Position numbers and translations under genes: made by a program
Notes under the pieces: model-generated
Seen by the model: only the letters and a program-made list of their open reading frames with translations
The model's database searches: none
What the model was told of the DNA's origin: nothing
Shown: in pieces, positions 8,361 through 17,779 of the stretch
How positions within the stretch are numbered: the first letter of the stretch is position 1
Layout: every line of letters begins with the position of its first letter
From: a virus
Taxonomy: Duplodnaviria; Caudoviricetes
Virus record (IMG/VR): IMGVR_UViG_3300032321_001056
Span: 1 to 64,000 of that record
Length of the DNA: 64,000 nucleotides
Reading direction: 5' to 3' (one strand)

Positions 8361-8897
8361 TTAGTTACTTATTTTCCAGTTTAATAACTTACCTTTTGAA
8401 TTGTCCATAATATATTTTGCAACACTCAAGTTACAATCTAATTCTAATAGACCATTCAAATCTGTACCACAAACATTTTTAGTTACTGTTTGCCAAGCAC
8501 TATTGATTTGTAGCAATCCTCTATCAATTGAACCATTCTTATTTAATGTCCAAATTACTTTTCCATTTGCATCAAATTTAGCATTTATAGCTTTAGGATT
8601 ACAACCACTTTCTCTCCATGCAATATAAGAAAATACTTGCACTGGCAATCCATACTCTTTAAATTTAGAATGGAATTGAGGGCAGCGTTTATTCTTATCT
8701 GCAGGAATTCTATGGTCTAACCATTCAGGTCTATCAATAGCCATTGGCTTAGTATTTAACTCAGCTACATCAATAACTACTGAATATGAATTTGTGTTAA
8801 CAACATTCATATCACCACTAGAAGCGTAAGCAATTGTGCCTACTACTGCTATATACATACTTATAATTACACTTATTAAAGAACTTTTTGTCTTCAT
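8361..8897 (-). CDS. lytic transglycosylase (SLT/lysozyme-like) with N-terminal signal/anchor
   Basis: IAWRESGCNPKAIN...NGSIDRGLLQINSAW (catalytic E-S and GLxQ motifs); hydrophobic N-terminus; GGAGG RBS. Confidence 0.85.
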   Translation of the reverse strand: MKTKSSLISVIISMYIAVVGTIAYASSGDMNVVNTNSYSVVIDVAELNTKPMAIDRPEWLDHRIPADKNKRCPQFHSKFKEYGLPVQVFSYIAWRESGCNPKAINAKFDANGKVIWTLNKNGSIDRGLLQINSAWQTVTKNVCGTDLNGLLELDCNLSVAKYIMDNSKGKLLNWKISN

Positions 8898-9001
8898 TTT
8901 GCCTCCATAGTTTAGGTTTTGCGATTAGTTCGCATTAGCATAGCTTTAGATGCAAAACGAGGGCAATCTACAAATTTGCTCGCTCGCTTTACAGATTTTT
9001 T

Positions 9002-9031
9002 ATCTTATAATCAACCTCCAGGTTGTGTCAA
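9002..9031 (-). promoter_or_regulatory. sigma-A/70-like promoter with palindromic spacer
   Basis: TTGACA (9026-9031)-N18-TAAGAT (9002-9007); spacer contains CAACC-tgga-GGTTG. Confidence 0.55.
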
Positions 9032-9034
9032 TCT

Positions 9035-9376
9035 TTATTGACCGAGTGTTCTTTTGAATTCTTCAAATGCTTTCTTAGTAAATGAAGGACTCAAAGGAAG
9101 AATTTCTTTAAGGCTTTCTCTATTTTCATTATAATATCCTGCATATGCAGAAAAAACCTCTTCAACTTCTTTTTCTAGAGAGGTTGCCATACAAGTTAAT
9201 AGCATTTCAAAATGCACTAAAAATCCAAACAATATGCCTGGAATAAAAGATTCATCATCAAGTTCATCATCATAAGTTGACAATAAGCCTTGCATATCAG
9301 CAATCCCTTTGTGTGCAAATGCTGTAAACAATTGCATTGTATAATCTGTGTATAAGTACTCATCATTATTATTCAT
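9035..9376 (-). CDS. hypothetical acidic protein
   Basis: Packed ORF. Confidence 0.75.
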   Translation of the reverse strand: MNNNDEYLYTDYTMQLFTAFAHKGIADMQGLLSTYDDELDDESFIPGILFGFLVHFEMLLTCMATSLEKEVEEVFSAYAGYYNENRESLKEILPLSPSFTKKAFEEFKRTLGQ

Positions 9377-9424
9377 TATTCAACACCTTTCAAAATATTA
9401 CATCTTTCAATTGTATCAAAAACT

Positions 9425-9766
9425 TTACAATTCGTCAAGCTCTTCGTCTACAAGCTTAGCATTTAGTTCAACAATATCAGCAGGGACTTCACCTCTTTTG
9501 ATCAAGTCATTATGATATCCAATGTTTTTTTCTATCTCCCTAGATGTAGATGAATTAGGATTGTAAAAATATTCACGAACATGACCAACTGTTTTTTCAC
9601 CAACAGTATATTCAAAAATTCTAGCAAACCAATTAGATGGTTTGAATCCGTGTTGTCTTTCACATATCCTATTAGCGATAGATACTGCTGACATTACATT
9701 ATCAACATCATCTACCCTAATAGGTATCCTAAACTCAACAATATAGTAGTTATCAAATTTAGGCAT
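9425..9766 (-). CDS. hypothetical protein
   Basis: Start moved to MPKFDNYY (TAATG-coupled to the upstream peptide). Confidence 0.75.
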   Translation of the reverse strand: MPKFDNYYIVEFRIPIRVDDVDNVMSAVSIANRICERQHGFKPSNWFARIFEYTVGEKTVGHVREYFYNPNSSTSREIEKNIGYHNDLIKRGEVPADIVELNAKLVDEELDEL

Positions 9767-9879
9767 TATCTTAGCTTTGATCCCATTAAAACCACTGTAA
9801 TTGCAATCATAATAAAAGCAATAGATGGAAATAAAACTAAAAAGAATAATGCCCACATACCATAAATCCAATATTTCAT
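9766..9879 (-). CDS. small membrane peptide (37 aa, not in ORF track)
   Basis: GGAG RBS; MKYWIYGMWALFFLVLFPSIAFIMIAITVVLMGSKLR; stop overlaps the next ATG. Confidence 0.6.
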   Translation of the reverse strand: MKYWIYGMWALFFLVLFPSIAFIMIAITVVLMGSKLR

Positions 9880-9886
9880 ATAACTC

Positions 9887-11536
9887 CTATAGTTTGTTAA
9901 TTGTTAAAAGCTCTGGATCATCAATTGAAAAACTAATTCCCATTGATTTGCCATCGCTTGATGGAAGTAATTGACCAGACATTTCACTTGAAAAAACAGA
10001 TACATTCTGGTCTTCATTTGTAACAAAGAATTTCTTCTTGCCAATCTGCATGATCAAACCACCAATTTCTGTTTCATAAATCTGATAGTTCAAACCACCA
10101 AATTCACCAAGGTCTTCAATATTAACCCAGAAACCAGCTTCGTTCACATTCAAAATGTTGTTCTCATATGAATCAACAATCAATCTACCGATACGATTGT
10201 CTGCCAGGTTTCTGAATTCTCTGAACATACTATCAGTAATTCCAGTTGAATAGTGATCGTACTCATGAATAATCGTAGCTACAATTTCATAGATATTAGA
10301 ATTAGTAGCATGACTATGTTCAATAACAATTTGACGCTCGCTAATGTCTTTACCAACATTAAAGGTATAACCAAGTGCATCGTTTGATTTTGACTTGAAC
10401 ACACCCAATGGCTTATTCATTTTCAAAAGCCCTGGCTCATACGATCCAGCAATTTTCAAAGCTTTAATAAGTTTAGGAAATTTACTGATATCAAGATCAA
10501 TATCATAAGTAAATTCTTCAGTTATAAGTTCACCAGCTAAATCAACTTTTGCTTCCTTTAGAAGACTATAGAAACCTTCAGATAAACACTTAACTGGGTT
10601 ACTGCCTCTGTTCTTAATAAAGGAATCAATTCCTGGAATTAATGATTCAGTAGGGCTAAGCAATACTGCGTTATCGCCATAGATTTTATTGAATACAATA
10701 TTCCATTCACGGCAAGGACTAACATAATGGTATGTTGATTCTGAGATAACATCAAATTCCCAAACTCTATTTTGTTTATCAATAACAAGTTTGAAAATCT
10801 TCTTGATTTCATCTTCATTGTCAAGCCTTGCAATAACTTTTGCGATTTCGTATGAAACACTATATATGCTTTTGATCTGCCTATCCTCATTCAATACGGC
10901 ATTATTAATCTCATAGTTATACATATTGTTTCGTTCATCGCCTTCGTGAACCATTACTGATTTGCAATAAATACGCAATGGTCCTTCTATTGCTTCAAGC
11001 ATTGAAGATTGGTTTGGTTTGTTACCATAAACAGAAATTACTTTATGATCGTCACAGAAGAAAAAATTATGGTTGTTATAAACTTCCATAATACCTGGGG
11101 ATGCAGTAATATAAACACTGAATTCACCAGGTTTAGCTTTTTCAATTGATTCAACAATCTCTCGCTTCCATTCCCCGCTATCCTTAGCATTAGAAACAGC
11201 CTCACGATAAATTTGAAACTCATCTTCCCAGCTCATAATTCCAGCTTCCAATGTAAATGAAGATGGCTTTACGAATCCATTGCAGTAATCGTAATAGATT
11301 GAGTTGATGCCATTCTCATCAATTGATTTGTACTTTAGAATGTAATCACCTTCACTATCGTTACCAGTAAAGACCCATTCCAAACCCATTCTTAAGGCTG
11401 CAATTGGAGCATACTTAATACCTGAACCAAACTGACCGATTGTTTCTGGGTTATCCCTTTTAGTTGATAGACCAAGCTTTTCCAAGCTTAACCTATTAAC
11501 TGAATCAGTGTAATTTGTTATTTTGATGTAGGACAT
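9887..11536 (-). CDS. GHKL (HATPase_c/Hsp90-like) ATPase, apparently circularly permuted, with C-terminal HExxH motif
   Basis: LGLSTKR...IGQFGSGIKYA; REAVSNAKD; IIHEYDH. Confidence 0.75.
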   Translation of the reverse strand: MSYIKITNYTDSVNRLSLEKLGLSTKRDNPETIGQFGSGIKYAPIAALRMGLEWVFTGNDSEGDYILKYKSIDENGINSIYYDYCNGFVKPSSFTLEAGIMSWEDEFQIYREAVSNAKDSGEWKREIVESIEKAKPGEFSVYITASPGIMEVYNNHNFFFCDDHKVISVYGNKPNQSSMLEAIEGPLRIYCKSVMVHEGDERNNMYNYEINNAVLNEDRQIKSIYSVSYEIAKVIARLDNEDEIKKIFKLVIDKQNRVWEFDVISESTYHYVSPCREWNIVFNKIYGDNAVLLSPTESLIPGIDSFIKNRGSNPVKCLSEGFYSLLKEAKVDLAGELITEEFTYDIDLDISKFPKLIKALKIAGSYEPGLLKMNKPLGVFKSKSNDALGYTFNVGKDISERQIVIEHSHATNSNIYEIVATIIHEYDHYSTGITDSMFREFRNLADNRIGRLIVDSYENNILNVNEAGFWVNIEDLGEFGGLNYQIYETEIGGLIMQIGKKKFFVTNEDQNVSVFSSEMSGQLLPSSDGKSMGISFSIDDPELLTINKL

Positions 11537-11550
11537 TTTTTAACCTCTTT

Positions 11551-12192
11551 CTATTTCAATGATAATGATGTAAGGATACGGCTCTTATTATATTCAGTGT
11601 ATTGGAGAGCATCAAGAACTTCGCTAATTTCTAGAATAGTAAATGAGCGGAGAACTACTTTCTCTTCTTCAATAACAGTTGGTTGGACAATACCTTCTGT
11701 TTGCTTTTTCATATAGCCTTCAATAATATCTTCTACTGATTTAATAAATAGCTTACCAGTATAGCAAGGACTATCATAATTAAAAGATGTAAGTAATTCA
11801 TCAGCCAATGCCACAGCATCAGGTTCATCTAAATGATCTTTTACTTCAGCAGCTATATCACGATAACTAAAGTTTTCAATTACGCTAGTTGTGATTGAAT
11901 CCATGTCTAAATAATCTTCTAAATCAATAGAATTAAGGACATTTTCAACTTCATCATTCCAATCATGATTGCTCAGACCTGATTCAATTACATCTTCAAA
12001 ATCATAACCTGCAATCAATTCTTCAACTGCTTCTCCAGTCATTGTATAGTCTTTGAACATTTCAATTAACTGTTCTGATGGGAATGTCATTGTTGCTACG
12101 ATATCTTTTACTTTTGGCGCTTCCATTTTATTTTCTCCAATCGTTGGGTTTGTATAATTTCCTGGTATTTCTGTTCTCTCTAAAAATTCCAT
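11551..12192 (-). CDS. hypothetical highly acidic protein
   Basis: D/E-rich helical repeats; alternative start MEAPKV at 12126 has a GGAGA RBS. Confidence 0.75.
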   Translation of the reverse strand: MEFLERTEIPGNYTNPTIGENKMEAPKVKDIVATMTFPSEQLIEMFKDYTMTGEAVEELIAGYDFEDVIESGLSNHDWNDEVENVLNSIDLEDYLDMDSITTSVIENFSYRDIAAEVKDHLDEPDAVALADELLTSFNYDSPCYTGKLFIKSVEDIIEGYMKKQTEGIVQPTVIEEEKVVLRSFTILEISEVLDALQYTEYNKSRILTSLSLK

Positions 12193-12587
12193 TACATGTA
12201 CCTTTCAGCTTCCCATTCAACATATCTAAACATTGCTGAACCTTCATTAATCTTTCTTCTTGCACCATCAAACCAATCTAAGAAAACATATTGTGCTGAT
12301 TCAACAATACCGTCTTCATTAATAATTGCTTCAATATGTGATGAAGGACCACCACCACTTAATTCAATTGTTAATAGTCTCTTCATACTTGAGCCAGCTG
12401 CATACTCATAAATTGTTTGATTATCAATTTCTTCATCTTTAACTTGCTTAAGTATTTCCTTATCATCTTCATCATCTTCATCAAGATCATCATCATATAC
12501 CCTAAACATCAGTTCAAGATAATCATCAGCTCTACGATATTCTTCTTCAATACGCTCTTGACATGTTTTTTGTTTTGTATTTGACAT
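12192..12587 (-). CDS. hypothetical phage protein (GGP motif)
   Basis: IELSGGGPSSHIE; acidic. Confidence 0.8.
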   Translation of the reverse strand: MSNTKQKTCQERIEEEYRRADDYLELMFRVYDDDLDEDDEDDKEILKQVKDEEIDNQTIYEYAAGSSMKRLLTIELSGGGPSSHIEAIINEDGIVESAQYVFLDWFDGARRKINEGSAMFRYVEWEAERYM

Positions 12588-13093
12588 TACATCTCCTCTA
12601 TATAGTGAATATAATCTTTATATGTTTCTTTTGTTGGATATTGAATTGTTAGCCTGATAAACTCAAGCAAACATTTAATTTTGTCTTTGAAAGACAAAAA
12701 CTTTTCTATTTCAAGATACTCTTCAAATGTGTCGGCATGTGTTTTATATAAAAACTTATCAACATCATAGCTTGTAAATGGCTTTAGCCAACCATTACTT
12801 CTTCCATCTGTAGAGAACCCCGAATAACCATAAGCAACTGCAATGTTCATTGCTTTATCAAAGAAATAATATTGCACCGCTTCATAAATAGTTTCATTTG
12901 TTTCATCTGAATTCAGAGGGTTAAAATTCAGATGATGCATTTTAATATTAATAGCCAAACGACCATTGTGAATATCTTTATCTCTGTCAATACTAGACCA
13001 GTTATATTGAACCCTTTCTTTTTTATAAAATTCAATATCTCTATTATCTAAGTATACATTTTTCATATAAGACATAATCAGTACCCATCCCAT
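12587..13093 (-). CDS. hypothetical protein
   Basis: Packed ORF; DGRSNGWL motif. Confidence 0.75.
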   Translation of the reverse strand: MGWVLIMSYMKNVYLDNRDIEFYKKERVQYNWSSIDRDKDIHNGRLAINIKMHHLNFNPLNSDETNETIYEAVQYYFFDKAMNIAVAYGYSGFSTDGRSNGWLKPFTSYDVDKFLYKTHADTFEEYLEIEKFLSFKDKIKCLLEFIRLTIQYPTKETYKDYIHYIEEM

Positions 13094-13467
13094 CTATCTT
13101 TTTCATATGTTGTTTCACATTCAGGACATTCAAAATAAACTGTCCCTCTATATTCTTCTTTTAATATTTCACCTGAGAAATCACAAGGTAATTCAGTAAT
13201 TTTATCTGAATGATAGAAACCATTGATTTCACTCATTAACTTCTTAAGGCGAGTTTCAATTGAATACTCACTGATATTGCCATTTCTTTTAAATTCATTA
13301 AACAAAGAAAGTGCATGATCACTAAGCTTGTACAATTCTTTTCTTGTAATTAGTACATATTCTATGTCTGCGCTGCAATCAAAATGTTCTTCAAATTCAT
13401 TGCCCCCAGCAATTTCATATTCATTGCCAGTAACCCCAGGTGGATAATTACTCATAACTTTCTCCAA
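13078..13467 (-). CDS. hypothetical protein with C-terminal Zn ribbon
   Basis: SNYPPGVTGNE start; C...CPEC. Confidence 0.75.
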   Translation of the reverse strand: MEKVMSNYPPGVTGNEYEIAGGNEFEEHFDCSADIEYVLITRKELYKLSDHALSLFNEFKRNGNISEYSIETRLKKLMSEINGFYHSDKITELPCDFSGEILKEEYRGTVYFECPECETTYEKDRWDGY

Positions 13468-13478
13468 TCTTTTGTAAA

Positions 13479-13514
13479 TGGGGTTAGGCTAGTGATCAGC
13501 CTAACCTAACCCCA
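13479..13514 (-). terminator. GC-rich hairpin downstream of whiB (terminator-like)
   Basis: GGTTAGGCT/AGCCTAACC stem; weak U-tract. Confidence 0.45.
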
Positions 13515-13518
13515 AACC

Positions 13519-13839
13519 TTATTTGTTATTCTTTATCTGTGATATTGTTTTGTTTATAACAATGGGGACTATTTCAGAATAGTCAATCACATCATAAACT
13601 TTCTTAATTGAATTTCTTTCACGAGAAGAAAAGCCTCCCCAAACACCATGCTCTATATTTTCATTTAAAGCATAAGATAAGCATTCGGGTTGAACTTTGC
13701 AATCACCACAAAATTCTCTTGCTTTACTGATTTTCTTTGTGCTGTATCTTCCATTTTCAGTTTCAAAAAAGAAAATGTCTATTGGATGCTTTTTGCATTT
13801 AGCAAAATCTCTCCACTCTTCTCGTCTAGTTTTAGCCAT
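13519..13839 (-). CDS. whiB: WhiB-family Fe-S transcription factor
   Basis: W...AKC...FF...C..C.V..EC..YAL....GVWGG.S.RER. Confidence 0.95.
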   Translation of the reverse strand: MAKTRREEWRDFAKCKKHPIDIFFFETENGRYSTKKISKAREFCGDCKVQPECLSYALNENIEHGVWGGFSSRERNSIKKVYDVIDYSEIVPIVINKTISQIKNNK

Positions 13840-13842
13840 GAA

Positions 13843-14211
13843 TTACTCCTTATCTTTATCTTCGTAATAAGGCATGTTTGGATTTTCATGCAACTGATTC
13901 ATGGTACCTTCTTGATATGCTTTATGATACTCATTCATATCAATTTCAGCTAACTCAATAATTGTTGATAAGTGATGTAACAAAGATAGTATAACGCTAA
14001 CGCTTCTATCATCATCCAGTTCACCTTCAACATCGCAAGCAATATTTATTATTGACATTGACAATTGAGCCCTGCTTACTTTATCTTCATAGTTTGTTGT
14101 ACATAACTTATTCAAAACTGATTGCATTATTACAACAAAATCAGTTTCATCACTAAACCCAGTAGGAATTCTATTACTACCAGCATCATCTAAATCATCT
14201 AAATTAAACAT
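13843..14211 (-). CDS. hypothetical protein
   Basis: Start moved to MFNLDD (AAGGAG RBS). Confidence 0.75.
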   Translation of the reverse strand: MFNLDDLDDAGSNRIPTGFSDETDFVVIMQSVLNKLCTTNYEDKVSRAQLSMSIINIACDVEGELDDDRSVSVILSLLHHLSTIIELAEIDMNEYHKAYQEGTMNQLHENPNMPYYEDKDKE

Positions 14212-14218
14212 ATTCTCC

Positions 14219-14824
14219 TTAGTTTGCGTATAGGTCAAAATCAATATCTGTTACTTCATCTGGTACATAATGATGTTCCCATTGATCATGTTGTCTAATT
14301 TCACCATTAGCAAATATCAATTGCCCAGCAAAACACATTCCTGGTTCTTCATAATGAATATAACCATTTAGTGTAGGAAATTGTTTAACAATAGCTTCTG
14401 CTAATTCATCACAACCAGGAGCCCACGCTGTATCATATTCAAAATGAATATTTGCATTACCTGTTAATACAGAAACACCATTCTCAAAATCAACATCACC
14501 ATCTTCTAAATGTGGATAATTAATTTTTGTTTCATAGACAATGCTTGTAGCATGCATACTGTAATCACCCCATTTAGTTCCCCATTTACTATTGCACCAA
14601 TCGTACCAGTTATCATGACCATATTTATCAATCAAATCTACATTACTTTCTTTTGAAGGTGATGTAGTTCCTTCTAATTCTTTTGGCATTGGGATTAAAG
14701 ACTCAAATAGATTGTATTCATTTTCATCTTTATCATCACCATTGTTTTTTACAAAGGCAATGAATTTTTCTACATCATCAATTGGACCAGTTATTCCTAA
14801 CTTATTACTGCAGTGATTTGGCAT
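14219..14824 (-). CDS. DUF1281/YubB ferredoxin-like family protein
   Basis: MPNHCSNKL...NWYDWCNSKWGTKW...YDTAWAP...YEEPGMCFAG. Confidence 0.8.
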   Translation of the reverse strand: MPNHCSNKLGITGPIDDVEKFIAFVKNNGDDKDENEYNLFESLIPMPKELEGTTSPSKESNVDLIDKYGHDNWYDWCNSKWGTKWGDYSMHATSIVYETKINYPHLEDGDVDFENGVSVLTGNANIHFEYDTAWAPGCDELAEAIVKQFPTLNGYIHYEEPGMCFAGQLIFANGEIRQHDQWEHHYVPDEVTDIDFDLYAN

Positions 14825-14825
14825 T

Positions 14826-15509
14826 TTAAAACTCCATTTCTAGTTGATTCGGATTGTATTTTGATATTTCATTTAATGAAAACGGTGGTCTTTCTAAATT
14901 AATTTCATCGCAGAAGTCAAACCATTTCTGATAATTTTCTGCACTCCAGTATTGCAAATTATAAATTGCTATCATGACATCATTATCCTTAAAGCCTGAC
15001 CTAACATCAATATCCATATTCACACTTAGCTCATGATAAACTTCAGAAGCCCAGTCTGGATTATTAATAATATCTACATAGCCAGGACTGATATAATTCC
15101 AAAATTCAATACTGTCAATATTGTCATTATCAATCATAATTTCGTATGTTTGCTCATCAGCAACTGGATAGTCATCTAATTTGTCTAACCATTCCATTGC
15201 TAAATAGAATGAAGATGCGATAACTTTTTTGTCTGTATCATCTTCATAAACACGACAAACTAATCTATCAACATTACCAACAGCCCAATGTGCATAGTTT
15301 TCAATTCTGAAATCTTCAGGGAAAATGCCCATCAATTCTTCAGTAATATACTTAAAGTTTGCTTTTTCTAATGTGTCAGAGTCTCTATTCTGATCAATAT
15401 TAGTAAAGCCCCAAGTATCAAACATATCTTTGCTACCCCAATAACCGAATTCTTCTGGTTTAGTTGTAGCTTGTTTAGCAAATTTTTCTATGTTTTCAAC
15501 ATATGACAT
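14826..15509 (-). CDS. hypothetical phage protein
   Basis: 227-aa acidic ORF; RDSDTLEKANF, HWAVG, DYPVADE. Confidence 0.8.
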   Translation of the reverse strand: MSYVENIEKFAKQATTKPEEFGYWGSKDMFDTWGFTNIDQNRDSDTLEKANFKYITEELMGIFPEDFRIENYAHWAVGNVDRLVCRVYEDDTDKKVIASSFYLAMEWLDKLDDYPVADEQTYEIMIDNDNIDSIEFWNYISPGYVDIINNPDWASEVYHELSVNMDIDVRSGFKDNDVMIAIYNLQYWSAENYQKWFDFCDEINLERPPFSLNEISKYNPNQLEMEF

Positions 15510-15531
15510 ATCATCTCCTATTCAGGTATAT

Positions 15532-15565
15532 CAAAATGGGGCTACTGATTTCTCAGTAGCCCCAT
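15532..15565 (-). terminator. rho-independent terminator
   Basis: ATGGGGCTACTGA-GAAA-TCAGTAGCCCCAT followed by TTT. Confidence 0.8.
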
Positions 15566-15577
15566 ATTTTTTATTAG

Positions 15578-16048
15578 TTATTGTTGTTCTTCGTTATAGC
15601 AACTAATTAATTCTAAAAATGCATCAGCAAGATCACCTCTTGCATTGCCATAATCAAAGACTGCATTTTCTTGATCATCTTTAAAAGAGATTACGCTTCC
15701 AACTTTATTATCAGTTGTTGCATTTACTGTAAGCATAACTCTTCTTTTTTCTGGGTGTTGAGATGGTGCTAAATCACTGTATTCATCTTTTTCTTCACTA
15801 ATTGGTGCCGCCCAACCACAAGTTACAATTGTAAAGAAATTATAACCTTTCATTTTCCAAATGGTGTTGAATGGGTTTAGCATTTCATAAACATCACCAT
15901 TCTCAGTGATTTTATCAAATGTGATTTGATTATCATCATCCAATTTAATTCCAAACATTACTGCCTTACCCATATCATAATCGGTAGGCATTTCTTTTGA
16001 AATTGTTTGTACTACTTGTTCAAACTCTTCTTGAGTTAGTGTTTTCAT
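15578..16048 (-). CDS. hypothetical protein
   Basis: Packed ORF; HPEKRRV motif. Confidence 0.8.
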   Translation of the reverse strand: MKTLTQEEFEQVVQTISKEMPTDYDMGKAVMFGIKLDDDNQITFDKITENGDVYEMLNPFNTIWKMKGYNFFTIVTCGWAAPISEEKDEYSDLAPSQHPEKRRVMLTVNATTDNKVGSVISFKDDQENAVFDYGNARGDLADAFLELISCYNEEQQ

Positions 16049-16049
16049 T

Positions 16050-16385
16050 TCAGTTTCCTTTGCTTGCTTTTTCGGATATTTTTTCTTTTGCTATTTCATC
16101 CCAATTTCTTGGAAGATTCCATTCTACTTTTAATGCTAAAGTTTCTTCTTCTTCAACTTCATCATTATAAGTAATAATAACTTCACCATAAGAACCAAAG
16201 TCATGCTGTTGCCAATGTTTCTTAAAACTCATACCTTTATAATTTGCTACTTCTGGATACATTCTTTTAAGCTGATCAATGTAGGCATCCATTTCTTTAC
16301 TACATTGTTCACGAAAATTATCATCACCAACTTGAGCACAATCTTCATCTCCTGGTGTTGGTCCTAAATATAAATAATCAATCAT
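16050..16385 (-). CDS. hypothetical phage protein
   Basis: LGPTPGDEDCAQVG...HDFGSYGEV. Confidence 0.8.
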   Translation of the reverse strand: MIDYLYLGPTPGDEDCAQVGDDNFREQCSKEMDAYIDQLKRMYPEVANYKGMSFKKHWQQHDFGSYGEVIITYNDEVEEEETLALKVEWNLPRNWDEIAKEKISEKASKGN

Positions 16386-16511
16386 TTTCCTCTACCTCTC
16401 CGATTTCTTCTATTTTCCAATATTCATCAGGCATATCTTTTTGAGTCCAGCCTGTCTTTTCAGTCCAGTAATACTGAGGTTTAGCTATTTGCTTTACCCA
16501 CTGCAATACTT

Positions 16512-16979
16512 TTACTTTTCCCATTTCCCCTCCTTATTTTGCTTTTCCAATATAATTTTTCCTTCTGATTTATAAGCAAGCTCTTCTTTGCCAAAATCAT
16601 AACTCCATGCCCAATCACAACATAAATCATCTTCATATCTTGAAGGATGCAAACCATTTAGGTTTTTAGTTTTGCCTGGGAATAGAGCAAACAATTTAGT
16701 TGTGCAATCATGACAAGAATTGATTTGAACAATATCTGATGCATCTAAGCAATCAAAGAATTCATCATAACCACCCTTTAATTCAAAACTTAAACCACCA
16801 TCTAATTGATTGATTACGCTATAAGCAGTCATAAAGTTAGTATCAACTTCAAACTCTTCAGAATCAATCCAGTAATTTGTTTCGTCATCCCAAACTTTAC
16901 CCCAAAATACTGGCTTTATTTTTTCATTACAACCATCACATTTCAGCCAATCTTTTTTACTTAAAATTACTTTGCTCAT
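16512..16979 (-). CDS. hypothetical Zn-binding protein
   Basis: CDGC...CHDC. Confidence 0.75.
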   Translation of the reverse strand: MSKVILSKKDWLKCDGCNEKIKPVFWGKVWDDETNYWIDSEEFEVDTNFMTAYSVINQLDGGLSFELKGGYDEFFDCLDASDIVQINSCHDCTTKLFALFPGKTKNLNGLHPSRYEDDLCCDWAWSYDFGKEELAYKSEGKIILEKQNKEGKWEK

Positions 16980-17052
16980 ATTTTATCCTTTACTAAGATA
17001 GTGATTATTAATAACATCATTGAAAGAAGAAGGATTAAGTCCATCGTTCTTA

Positions 17053-17448
17053 TTAAATTTCTTGCCAGATTCTTTGATAGTGCATTGTTTCTTCATCATT
17101 CTTTACTAGCCATAAAGAAATAACTTCTTTTCCAAGTTTACTATCATCACTGCCAATATATGGATATGTCAATTGAATTGCATATTTGTATTTAGATATA
17201 AATTTCAAAGTTGATTGATTTTGATCAACATACTTTGTAATATTATAATCTGTTTCAAGATAATCTTTTACTTTGCCAATAAAGACATATTTGAAATACT
17301 TCTTATCAACTAGACGAGGAGTGAACCCATCATTATCTTTATCGTTCTCAATAAGCCAAAGACGCTCAAGATGAATAAAGATTTCGCCCTCTTCTGAATT
17401 TTTAAATTCTTTTAAAATGTTCATTTGAATTTCAACTCCATTTCCCAT
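17053..17448 (-). CDS. hypothetical protein
   Basis: Packed ORF. Confidence 0.7.
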   Translation of the reverse strand: MGNGVEIQMNILKEFKNSEEGEIFIHLERLWLIENDKDNDGFTPRLVDKKYFKYVFIGKVKDYLETDYNITKYVDQNQSTLKFISKYKYAIQLTYPYIGSDDSKLGKEVISLWLVKNDEETMHYQRIWQEI

Positions 17449-17548
17449 ATTTTCCAGCTTGGATTTTCATCAATATCTAATTCCCAATCATAAATTGCTT
17501 CACGCTCATAATTACTAATATCTTTGTAGTTTTCCATAACTACCCCTT

Positions 17549-17779
17549 TCAATCAATTTGTTCTAATAGGTCTGCTCTTACATTTAATGATTTTAACTCT
17601 GTTTTCTTAACCCAGAAATAATTACTTTTATGTAGTAATGCTGGGGTATATATTTTTCTAAATGCTCTCTCTGAAATATCCAATCCAATTTTTTGACACT
17701 TATCAGCTAAGCAATATTCATAGCCTGCTTCAAATCTTTCTTCAATAAATTCTAATTCACAATAAATGCACTTAGCCAT
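17549..17779 (-). CDS. hypothetical Zn-finger protein
   Basis: CIYC...YCLADKC. Confidence 0.75.
   Translation of the reverse strand: MAKCIYCELEFIEERFEAGYEYCLADKCQKIGLDISERAFRKIYTPALLHKSNYFWVKKTELKSLNVRADLLEQID

Noticed and set aside
8898-9000. c-di-AMP or c-di-GMP riboswitch ahead of the transglycosylase
   Set aside because: The conserved core motifs of either class, as I recall them, are not present; kept only as a generic structured leader
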